Assembly: GCF_000737315.1 (NCBI RefSeq)
Contig: NZ_JMCB01000003.1
Location: 206,001 to 268,000, forward strand
Length of the DNA: 62,000 nucleotides
From: Hyalangium minutum
GTDB lineage: Bacteria; Myxococcota; Myxococcia; Myxococcales; Myxococcaceae
Reading direction: 5' to 3'
Part shown: positions 42,117 to 54,100 of the stretch, one piece after another
How the letters are laid out: each line of letters starts with the position of its first letter
How positions within the stretch are numbered: the stretch's first letter is position 1
Program-made: the position numbers and the translations under genes
The notes under the pieces: model-generated
Told to the model about the DNA's origin: nothing
Database searches by the model: none
The model's input: only the letters and a program-made list of their open reading frames with translations

Positions 42117-45100
42117 TCCGCCGCGCTCCGCGATGGCTGTGGCTCGTGCTGGGGCTGGTGACACTGGCCACGGCGTGCGACCGGCGCTCCAGCGAGGAGC
42201 CCGCGTCCGCCGCGCCGCCCGCGCAGGCTGCTCAACAGGCACAGGCGCTGTCCGGAAGCACGTGCGACAGCGTGGCTCCCACCGGCATGGCGCCGGGGTG
42301 GAAGGTGGCGCCGATCCAGGCTGCGGGCCAGAACGTCGCGAGCACGATCTTCCCGGCGTCCGTCGGTGAGCGGGCGATCCTGATCCTGCAGGAGTCGGCG
42401 GAGGCGCTGAATCAGGAGTTCAAGACGGAGGCCTCCCTCAACGGTGTGGACTGGGTGGCCATCTCCCGGCAGAGGCCGCTGGCGGCGCGGGTGGTGCAGC
42501 TGAGTGCCTCGAACCGGCTGGAGCTGGAGACGAACGGAGGCGTGGCACGGACGTCCGTGGCGGCGCTGTCGCCGCTGCCGTGCGCGGCGGTGGAGGCACG
42601 CGTGACGCACGCGGGAGGCTCGGCCGCCACCGTGGAGACGCGCACCTTCACATGGCCCATGGGAGCAGGCCCGGCCCTGCTGGTGGTGGAGTCGGGCAGT
42701 GCGTCGCAGGTGACGGGGCGGGTGGTGCTGGGCAGCCTGACGGTGCAGGTGCCGGCCGCAGGCCAGCTCCCCGTGGTGGAGGTGGTGTCGCCGCAGGCGA
42801 GCAACACGCTGCGAGTCGAGGTGGGAGGCAGCGCGGGCGCGTGGGTCCGGGCAGTGGTGGTGGAGCCGGACATGTTGCCGCCCATCGTGAGCATGGGGCA
42901 GCCCGCGGAGGGCGCGCAGCTGAACGCCTCGCCGGTGGAGGTCCAGGGCACCGCGGGAGCCGGGGCGGTGGCCGTGAAGGTGGGGGCGGTGGACGCGGTG
43001 CTGTCGCAAGGCCAGTACACGGCGCAGGTGCCGCTGGTGGAGGGGCCCAACGCGCTGGTGGCCGAGGTGAGAGACCAGTGCGGCAACGTGGCGCGAGTGT
43101 GCCGGCCGGTGGTGCTGACGACGGCGCCGCCCACCGTTGTTATCGAGGGAGTTACTGACGGCCAGGTCTCGCGCGAGCCACTGCACCCCACGTGGACGGT
43201 GACGAGCAGCGGCCCGGTCACGGTGGAGGCGACGCTGGATGGCGCGCCCTTCGTCGGCGGCACGGCTGTAACGGCCGAGGGCTCGCACGAGCTGCGGGTC
43301 ATGGTGCGGGACGCGGCGGGCCGGGAGGCGCAGGCGCAGGTGGGCTTCGCGATCGACACCACACCGCCGCGACTCACGCTGACAGGAGTGGAAGAGGGGG
43401 AGCGGCGCAATACTCCGGCGGTGCTCGGCTTCACGGTGGAGGAGGAGCACCCGGGCTCGGTGGAGGCCACCCTGGATGGGGCTCCCATGGCCTCGGGGGA
43501 CACGGTCTCGGCGGAGGGCGCGCATGTGTGGACGGTGGCGGCCACGGACGCGGCGGGCAACCGGTCCGAGGTGCAGCGCCACTTCGTGGTGGATGTGACG
43601 GCTCCCACGCTGGAGGTGCTCTCACCCGCGCCGGGCAGCTTCACCCAGGCGGGCTCCGTCGAGGTGGTGGTGGCGGCGGCGGATGACGGGCCGGTGGCGG
43701 GCGTGTGGCTGGGGAACGCGGAGCTGACGCTCGGCACGGACGGGAAGTACCGGAGCCTGGTGGTGTTGGAGGAGGGCAGCAACCTGCTGGTGCTGGTGGC
43801 TCGGGATGCGGCGGGCAACAGCGCGCAGAGCTCGCTGGCCGTGACGCGGGACTCCACGCCGCCCCAGCTCACCCTCACCACCCCGGCCGAGGGCGCGAAG
43901 GTGGCGGGGGACTCGGTGCAGGTGGAGGGACAGGCGCAGGACACCACGCCGCTCACGGTGCGCGTGGCGGGGATGACCGCGGCGGTCGCGGCGGATGGTC
44001 ACTTCCAGCTCTCGGTGGCCGTGGCGCAGGGCCCTGTCTCCCTGGAGGTGGTGGCCACGGATGCGGCGGGGAACACCGCGCGTCTGGTGCGCGGCATCCG
44101 CGTCAACACCACGCCCCCGAGGTTGGATCTGACGGCACCGGCCTCGGGCACGGTCACCGAGGAGTCCTCCATCGAGGTGTCCGGCTTCGCGAGGGCGGCG
44201 GATCGCACGGACACGGTGCGGGTAGAGGTGGCGGGAACCGAGCACGGTGTGAGGGCGGATGGCAGCTTCTCGGTGCAGGTGCCGCTGGAGGTGGGCCTGA
44301 ACACCGTGTCCGTCACGGCGGTGGATGGCTATGGCCTGCGCACCCCGCGCACCGTGCGGGTGGAGCGCCAGGGGCCTCAGGGGCCCGGTCCTGGAGATGG
44401 AGGCTCGGGAGACGGTTCGGGAGGCGGCACGGACGGAGGCTCGGGGGAAGACACCCCGGATGCAGGCAGCGGAGCGCCGGATGCGGGCTCGCCCGGTCCC
44501 GTGCCGGATGGCGGCATCCCGAGCGAGCCTCCGGTGCTGGTGCTGGCCTCGCCCCAGGAGAACAGCCTCTGGGGTGTGGAGCGGGTGTCGGTGCTGGGCC
44601 GTGTGGAGGGCGGAGACCTGCCGCTGCAGGTGACGGTGGATGGACTGCCAGCCGCGGTGACGGGGCGCCAGTTCTCCGCATCGGTGGCGCTGCCTGAAGG
44701 CTCCTCGATGCTGCACGTGCGCGCCGTGGACGCGCTGGGCCGGATCGCCGAGGTGCGGCGGCAGGTGAGGGTGGATCAGACACCGCCCTTCTTGGAAGTG
44801 ACGCGGCCGGAGCAGCCGTCGACGACCGTGAGCGAATCCCCATACCTGGTGGAGGGCCTCGCGGGAGACGCGTACCTCGCGGGCGTCACGGTGAACGGGG
44901 CGCCGGTGATGGTGCTGGCCGGGCACTTCTCGTCCTCGGTGGCCCTGGTCGCGGGAGACAACACCGTGGAGGTGGAGGCGGTGGATCTCGCGGGTAACCG
45001 CTCGCGCGCCGTCCGGACCTTGCGGGTGGAAGCGCTGCCGCCTCAGCTGACCGTGCTGGAGCCGGTCGATGGCTCGGAGGCCACCGAGCCGGTGGTGAGG

Positions 45101-48100
45101 GTGACGGTGAAGGTCGAGTCCTCCGCGCCGCTCGACGAGGTGCGCATCGGCACGGGCATCGCGGCGAACCTGGGCTCGGGCCAGTACACGGCCCAGGTGC
45201 CGCTGGCGCTGGGAGAGAACGTCATCCCCGTGAGCGCGCGGGACACGCTGGGGATGACGGGCTCGGCCACCGTGCGCGTGCGCTACCGCGATCCGAGCAC
45301 TGAGCCGTTGACCGTGACGGGGGTGGATCCCTCGGATCAGGCCACGGAGCTGGAGCCGGACACGCTGGTGAACGTGGCCTTCAACAAGGCCGTGAAGCCT
45401 GCGTCGGTGCGGGCGGGCTTCACGGTGAGCGTGGAAGGGCAGCCGCTGGCGGGCGGCTGGTCCGTCGCGCACGGAGCACAGATCGTCTCCTTCATTGCGC
45501 GCGATCCGCTGCCGGAGGGCGCCACGCTGCAGGTACGGGTAGCGGGCGTGGAGCCGGTGCAGGGGCCGGGGATGCAGGGCGAGTTCCGCAGCATGTTCAC
45601 GGTGCGCCGTCCACTGACCCGGCTGCGCGGCCAGGTGGTGGACGCGCGGCGCGAGCCCGTGTCCGGCGTACGGGTGGAGGTGGAGGGCCAGGGCCTCTTC
45701 ACGCGCACGGGAGCGGACGGCAACTGGGCCCTCTTTGGGGTGCAGCCGGGGCAGGTGGTGCTGCGCTACGAGGGAGGCGCCTCCTCGGAAGGGCAGGTCT
45801 TCCCCACGGTCCGCCGGCGGTTCGCCGTGGAGGCCGAGCGGGACAATGAGGAGTCCACCGTGGTGCTGACGCCCGTGGACGCCGAGTCCGCGGAGCCGGT
45901 GGATACCTCCCTGCCGCTGCACCTCACCTTTGGGGGGAGGCATGGGGCGCTGGAGGTGGACATCCCCGCGGGGGGGCTCATTCTCGAAGGAGGATCGACG
46001 CGCGGCCTGGTGACGCTCACGCAGCTGCCGCTCCACTCGCTCCCGGTGCCCACGGAAGGCGCCTTGCGCCCGGTGGTGGTGTGGCAGCTCCAGCCCGCCG
46101 GGACGCGCCTGGTGCGGCCGGTGGTGCTCCGCCTGCCCAATCGGCTGAGTGCGCCGCCCGGCAGCCGGGCCGCGCTGTTCACGTATGATCCCGAGGCGCA
46201 CCGGCTGCACATCGCGGGGCTGGCCACGCTCAGCGCGGATGGCACACAGCTCGTGTCGGACGGTGTGCTCGAGGCCGGCTCGCTGGAGTACTTCGGCTAC
46301 CTGCCGCTGCCCGAGGAGTCCTCCGTCGCGCGGGCCGGGGCCGTCTCTCCCCGTGTGGCGAACCTGGGCCCGCTGCCCCGGCCACCGTCTGACGGGCTCA
46401 TCCGCCCGCTGACCCAGGGCTTCGGGCTGGATCCTGGCAGCGCGCTCGCCATCTGGGACTCCTACCAGCCCTTCATCGCTCCCGCCGCCGTCATGGGGAC
46501 GGTCCGAGGGCCTCGCGAGCAGGCGGTGGCCCTCGATCTCTCCTCGCCGAGCCTGGGCGAGTCGCGGCGGGTGGCGTTGGATTCGCAGCTGCGCTACCGG
46601 ATGCCGCTCTCGGTTCAGGCCCGCTCGCTCTATCCCCTCTCGAGCAGTGGCCGGGATTCGCTCGTGCTGGCCCTCGAGGGCGTGGGCCCCGAGGGACAAC
46701 GGCTGGGGCCGCCCAGCGGGGGCTCCTGGCGGCAGGAGAGCCCCCAGGGGCAGCGCGCGGAGCTGTCCACGCAGGTCGAACTCTCGCTCGGGACCAGCTC
46801 GCTCTGGGCCACGGGCACCACGGCGCGCGGACGCAACGTACTCCGGCTGAACGCCGAGCTGTCCCTGGCGGATGGAGGCGTACCGGATGGGGGCGCGACC
46901 TCGGGATTGCTGCGCGTCCAGCGGGGGGATGGAGGCTCGGCAGGAGGGGAGGACAGTGAGGGACTGGTCCGCTTCGCGGGCATGCCTGTCCGGGTGACCG
47001 ATGGCTGGCACGAAGGAGGGTCGATCTCCGGCCCGGCGGGCCGGTATGCCGCCTCGATCATCATGCTCCAGTCCTCCTGGATCCCTCCCGCGTCGGTCCT
47101 GGCCTGTGTTCGCCTGCCCATCGGATGGAACGTCCAGAGCTGGGTGGCGTGGGATGGCCGTGTCCGCACGCGCAAGGCCCCCTCCACCGCGGAGGAGTGC
47201 TCGGGCCCCTGGGAAGTCCTGGCCTGGCCTTCGCCCATCATCCCCGACATCGACGTGCTCGTGGATGTGCGGTGGTTGCACGGCAACATCACGTTCGTGG
47301 ATCGGCAGGGCGAGCCGCTCCCGCCGCCGTGCAGCGACTTGGTGGTGCGCCAGGGCACCGAGGTGACCGGGCTGTCGCAAGACGCCGTGCGGAGCACGGA
47401 GGTTCACTTCTTCCGGGAGGATAATCTCTCCACCCCCATCGTCAGCTACGCCGTCGCGGATCCCGAGCAGTGTGACTCGTATCCGGGGGCCCCGCATGGC
47501 CGCTATGCCAAGGTCCGCTACGGTCCCTCCACCCTGAGCCGCGTGGCCTCGCGCCGCGACAGCCAGCGGTTGCTCCCGGGGGACCGGCTGGTGGTGTTCG
47601 CCGTCAACCATGCCACGGGCTATTCGGGCATGGAGGTCGTCACCGTTCCCTCCGTCAACCAATCCTCTCGCGCCGAGGATGGGAGCTGCCCGGCGGATGA
47701 CGCCGCGGGCGGCCCGATGGCCGTGCAAGATGGGAGTCGCACGGTCTCCGTCTCTCGCTGCACGCTGCAGGATCTCGGCATCGAGGCGGATCTCAAGCTG
47801 TACCCGCCGGAGATCGACGTGCGTGTGGAGCGCCAGTCTCGGGCCGAGGGATCTTCCCAGGAGGCCCTGGAGCCCAGCCTTGTCCGCCATAAGGGCGCGG
47901 CCACGACGCGGGACAACTTCGTGAGCGTTGCCACGCACTGGCGCGTCCGGCGCCAGCCCGCGCGCTCGTGGGATCCGGGGGTGTTGCCTCCCGTGAATTC
48001 TTCCTGCGAGGGCGGGAGCCAGGCGGCTGGAAGCACCTGTGCGCCCCAGATCCTCCTGGACGAGGGCCCGCGAGGCACATGGGCGGAGCACTACTGCGGG

Positions 48101-51100
48101 GAACTTCCCGAGCCGCGGACCCCCGAGCAGCAGGCCCTCTGCCTGAAGGATGACCGCGAGCTGGCGGAGGTTCCGGTGGGGGTACCGCCCCTGGCTGGGC
48201 GCGTGGTGCGCATCACTGGCTCGGCGGTGGAGGAGCCAGCGGTGGCGAGCTTCCACGTGGCCCCGGGCCGCTCCACGACGACCGTGCAGACAGCGCTGCG
48301 GCGAGTGGAGCGGGACGGGCGCGAGGTGGTGCTCAACAACCTGACGCGTGCCTACTACTACGTGCAGGTGGTGGGGCACCCCGTGCTCCCGCGGGATCGC
48401 AACAGCGATGGCACGCTGGATCCCTCGGAGGAGAACGCGCCGCCGCCCGACTTCGAGGATGATGAGGACGCCCCGGGGATTCCCGAGGGAGTCGTCACGC
48501 TGAAGAGCGTCTACCGGAGCGTGGAGCCCGAGGGGCGCATCGAGCGCTACGATCGAGCGCTCGAGCACGAGTTCCGGGTGATGGAAGTGGGCTCCTCCCG
48601 GGTCACGGCACGGACGGAGCGGGGCGAGGAGCGCCCGCTGCCCCAGCCGGGGCAGCCTCCGTCGTCTGCGGCCGCCAGCCCGGAGGACGTGGCCTATCAG
48701 TTCCTGCTCAATCTGCTGGAGCCAGAAGATCCGGGGCGGACGGGGCCGCCGAGCAGCCAGTACGTGCTGCGGCTGGGCACGGACTCCTTCGGCATCGAGT
48801 GCCCCATCGAGCTGAACGCCTCGGCGGGCACGCTGCGTGGCACGTGCGAGGGCGAGTACCTGCCGGAGGTGCTGAGCGCGGGGGATGTGCTCTACCTCGA
48901 GGTGTACTTGCGCGGTAACGCGGAGAACGTGCTGTACCGCTTCAACTTCGACGGTCTGTCCATGCGGGAGGACTACCTGGGGGCCTCCAGCCGGTTCACC
49001 GCCCACCGCGCGGTGGAGCAGCAGAATGGCAAGCCCGTGGAGGATCGGCCGATCTCCCGGCTGAACGAGGCGCACTTCTTCCTCTCGCCTCACGAGCTCA
49101 GCTCAGGACGGATCCGGCTCTGCACCAACGCGGAGTGCTCGGGCGACGGGGCGGTCATCAAGGACGCCACCGTCTTGTGGACGGCGGCGGGCTCCTACGC
49201 GGTGAGCGAGCAGGCGACGGGCAGTGCTCCGGGGCGGCTGGTCCAGGAGGTCACGTCAGGCGCAGGGAACGCGCGCCACCTTCGGCTGGGACTGCCTGCC
49301 TCGGTGACGGCGATGCCGGGGATCGCGGCGGCGGGCGCGGGGATCTTCCTGGTCAAGGACAGCGAGTCTCCGCCACGAGCGCGGCAGGTGGAGCGCCTGG
49401 GAACGCCGAAGGGACGCTTCCAGGGGCTGAACGCGCAGGCGCCGGGCCAGGAGGCCGTGGCGGGCATCAATGTGGCGGATCTGCACCTGGCCCTGACGCA
49501 CACGGACTTCGCGGTGCCGCAGCTCGCGGGAGAGGTCTCCTTCTCCAGGACCTATGCCAACCAGAACGATCTGCCCTCGCCCATGGGCGTGGGCTGGAGG
49601 CACGAGCTGGACGGCTTCGTGCTCGAGGAGAGCCTCGGCCGCTATGTCGTGAACCTGGGTGGGCAGGCCTGGGGCTTCATCCGGTGCACCACCGTGGATG
49701 AGGAAGCGCAGACCGCCAGCGGGTGCATGACGGACAAGACCCACGGCATGTCGCTGAAGGTTGACAGCGAGGGCGTCCAGCTCACCACGGAGCAGGGGAG
49801 TGTGTACCGGTTCAACCGGCCGGCGGTGAAGCGGGACCAGGAGGGCCGGCGCAAGTGGCTGCTGACCAAGTTCCACGATGGCCATGGCCGAGGCGAGCAG
49901 GACGGGTGGACGCACCTCACCTATGCCGAGGGCACCAACCGGCTCACGCAAGCGAAGCGCACGCCTGGGGAGCTGTCGCTGGAGCTCAAGTACTGCGAGG
50001 ACTTCTCCCGCGAGGACTGCGATGGCGTGGCGCCGGACGCGCCTGGCAACCTCAAGTTCCTGGCGCGCAGCGAGGGCTTCAAGCTGCTGAAGGGCGTGGT
50101 TCTCAAGAACAGCCAGGGCCAGGAGCTGCACATCGTGCGCTTCAAGCACGACCGGTGGGGCAACCTGCTGGAGGCCGAGCGCACCACGGATCCGCCCACG
50201 CAGAAGTGGAAGTACACCTACGCGCCCATTGCCGATGACGTGCCGTCCATGATGGCCTGGCGTGCCATCAATGAGCTGTCCGAGGCTCGCCTCGAGGTGG
50301 CTGGTCATCCCCAGTGGGTCGCCACCTACGGGCGCGGCGGCGCCGAGTGCTATGCGCACCTCGAGGCCTTCGAGTGTGTGAGCTCGGTGACGCAGACAGG
50401 CTTCATGGGCAACGTCCTTCAGGTGCAGGGCGAGGCGGGCCATCGCCAGCTCAAGCTCCCCACGGGGAACTCCGCGGAGGTGTCACTCAATGAGTATGGG
50501 AACGTCACCTCCTCGGCGTCGGAGGGGCAGGCGGCGCGGCGGCTGACGTGGCCCAGCTCCCAGCGCGGGGGCGAGGTGCGGCTGGAGAAGTCAGTCTCTC
50601 CGAGCGGCCGGACCCTGCGCTATGGCACGGATCACCAGCTGCGCCTGGACGAGGTGAAGCTGGAGGGGAGCTCGGACGTGGTGGGGCTCGAAGCGGGGGC
50701 GCTCGTCTCCGTGTTGGCACGCGATGCCCGGGGCTTGCCTACCTCGGGGAAGCTGTCCACGGCCAATGGTCCGGCCGAGTGGTCCATGCCCCGCTCTCAG
50801 TCGGGGGACGTGCTGGGCCTCTCACTGGGGGGCACGCAGCTCTTCTCGCGGGTCACGGACGAGGAGGGCCGGATCACCTCGGAGCGGGATGCGCTGGGCA
50901 ATACGACCACGTTCACGTTTGGCGCGTTGGGGTTGCCTGTCAGGATCCAGGTGTCCTCGGACTCCGCGACGTCGGGGCTCGTCCGCTACACGCTGGTGCT
51001 GGAGTACGACGCCTATGGGCGTCTGATCCGCCGCTTCAATGAGACGACGGGCGAAGCGGAGTCCTGGCGTTACGACGGCCAGGGCAACATGCTCGAGCAC

Positions 51101-54100
51101 ACGCTCACGGGGGAGCCGTCCGAACGGTGGACGTACACCTATACGTACGGCGATCAGCGGCTCACCGTGGTGGAGCGCCTGGAAGGCACGGCCTACACCC
51201 GCACCGCCCTCTTCGAGCAGGGGCTGCTGAAGAGCGAGCAGCTCAGCTACGGCACGGGCAACGCGTCACGTGCCTATGAGTACGAGGGCGGGCGGCTCAA
51301 GAAGAAGACAGACGAGCTGTCAGTCACCTGGGAATACACCTACGACAGCGCGGGCCGGCTGAAGGTGGTGAAAGCGAATGGCCGGACCGTGGAGTCCTAC
51401 GGGCTGGATGAGGACGGCATCCTCATCTCCACCACGGACCGCGAAGGGCACACCACCCAGATCGGCAACGACTCGCTGGGGAGACCCGTCTCGTGGACCT
51501 ATGAGGATGGGTACAAGGAGGAGGTGCGGCGGGATGCCCAGGGCGCCATCGTCTGGGAGAAGAAAATGTCTCCCGGCGCGGACAGAGCCCACGTCTTCGC
51601 TCAAGAGGTGGACGCGCTCGGACAGGTTCTGAGCCGCCGGAGCGCGGAAAATGGGAGCGGAGTGGAGATCGTCTCCACCTATGACGCCGCGGGGAGAGTG
51701 CGGACGCGAGAGGATCGGGGCAGGGGCCTGAACGAGTCCTTCGAGTATGGTGACGTGCTCGGAAGGCTGACGCGCTATCAGCGGACCGTGGCGTCCGCCG
51801 CGGGGAGCCAGAACTGGATCGAGACCCGTCAATACGTGGATGAAGGGGGCCGCACGGAGCTCCGCATCCTGCGCCAGATCGACACGGGTTTAGGGCCGCG
51901 GCAAGAGAACCAGGTCCTGGTGCTGGATGCGCTGGGGCGGGTGCTGAAGGACCAGCGTCTGGGTGCGGGGGTCTTCGAGTACACCTACGACGCGCGAGGC
52001 AACGTGCTGGAGCGTCGGCACTCCGTGCTGGGAACCACGTCGTATACCTACGACGGGTTGGGGAACCTGCTGTCGATGACGGAGCCGGGGGGCGTCACCA
52101 CCACGTACACGGTGGATGCGGCAGGCCGGGTGCTCACGCAGGAGGGGCCTCACGATCAGGAGCGGTGGACGTTCACCTACGATCTGTTCGACCGGCCGCT
52201 GACGCAGGTGCTGGCGCAGGCCGGGAGCTCGCCGCAGGCTGCGTGGAGCTTCGAGTATCCGGGGAATGGGATCGTCATTGAGACGGATCCTCTGAGTATC
52301 GCGACGACCCGGCGTTTCAACTCGCGCGAGCTGCTGCTCTCGGAGGAGCGAGGGAGCCAGACGGCGGAGTACGCCTACGATGGAACGTGGCCTCGCCTGC
52401 ACCTCATCTCCCATGAAGGTTCGGAGCGGAAGCTGACGCGGAGCTTCGATGACCTCGGGCGGCCGCTCCAGCAGGTGGAGTTCTGGAAACAGGGGGACCA
52501 CTCCTATACGTACAGCACGACCACGGCTTGGACGGGCAGGCGCGGGACTCGCCAGGAGCGGTGGGAGGCCACGGACGCGAGCGTCCGGACGCTCACGGCG
52601 ACGATCCGGGTGGACGGGCTGGGGAACCTCATCGAGCAGGAGCAGGGGGGCCTGACGGACGCTTGGGCCTACGATGCGGCCGGACTGTTGGCACGTGAGG
52701 CACTGGCGGGGCGTCCGGAAAAGCGCTTCTTCTACGAGCAGGATCGGCTCGTCCGGATGGAGAACGGCTCGGAGACGACGCTGTACGAGTATGACGCCGC
52801 GGGCCGGCAGTGGAAGGAGACGGATCCTTCGGGGCGCGAGCGCACGCGGGTCTACAACGCACAGGGCCTGGTGGCGAGCGAGCGCTTCGGAGCAGGGGAG
52901 ACGCTGGAGTCCGCGTACACTTACGATCGAGGCGGGGGCCTCCGGACGCTGACGCGTGGCGGGGCACAGTGGAACTTCACGCATGGGCCTCGGGGGGAAC
53001 TCCAGGCCGTCGAACTTCCGGGCGGGCTGGGGACCTTCACCTATCAATACGATGCCTTGCTGCAGCTCAAGGGGGTGACGCCTCCAGAGGGCGGGGGAGC
53101 AGCGGCACAGACCTTCGCGTATGACAACTGGGGCCGGCAGCTGCGCCGGACCCGAGGCTCCAGCGTCTGGTCCACGGCCTGGCAGGGCGGGTTGAGCACC
53201 ACGAGCGACCCGAATGGCGACGTGGTGGAGCAGCTCTACGACGGCCGCGGCCGCGTCGTGCGTGAGCGCTTCGCTCCCGGGAACAGCAGCCGGCCCTTCC
53301 ATGATCTGACAGCGGTGACGTACGCCTATGACGGGCTCGACCAGCTGCTGTTGGCGCAGGAGAGCCGCATCTCGGGAGCGGTCTCCAATGTGTATGACTA
53401 TGACGGGCGGAGCCGGCTGATCTCGATGCGGCGCGGCAGCGAGGAGATCTCATACACATACACGGAGAGCGGGCAGAAGCGGACGGTCACGTCTCCGTCC
53501 GGCACGTTGCGCTACGAATACGACGCGCAGGATCGGGTGCGGCGCATCGAGAGCAGCCAGGGGCCGGTGGTGGCGGTGGGCTGGGAGCCGGGAGGTCTGC
53601 TCTCGGAGGTCAGTGGCAACGGGGTGGTGGAGCGGTACGCGTATTGGGGCCATGGGCTCATCCGCTCCATCGCTTCGCAGTGGGACGGCCCCTCGGCGGG
53701 CACGCTGCGGTACGAGTACGGCTACGATGTGCGCGGCAACCGCCTGGAAGAGCGCTACACGGCACCGGGGGCCACGGCGTTCGAGGTGACGCAATTCGGG
53801 TACGACGCGGCGGACCGGCTGACCGGGGTGCGCTACCCCACAGGCGAGGCCGAACTCTACCTCCTGGCAGCTGACGGCTCGCGCCTGGAGGAGAAGCACC
53901 TGCAGGGGTACTCAGGGGGACTGACTCCCCAGGCGCTGGCCAACGCCACGAATGCCACCCAGCACTGGCGGTACGCGTATGACACCGCGGGAGGGCTGCA
54001 ACGCATTGATGACGTGTTGACGGGGGGCGTGGAAGCCCAGGTCACCACGGACGCGGGAGGCCGCGTCGTCGCGGAGATGCGAGGTGGCACCACGCGGCAG

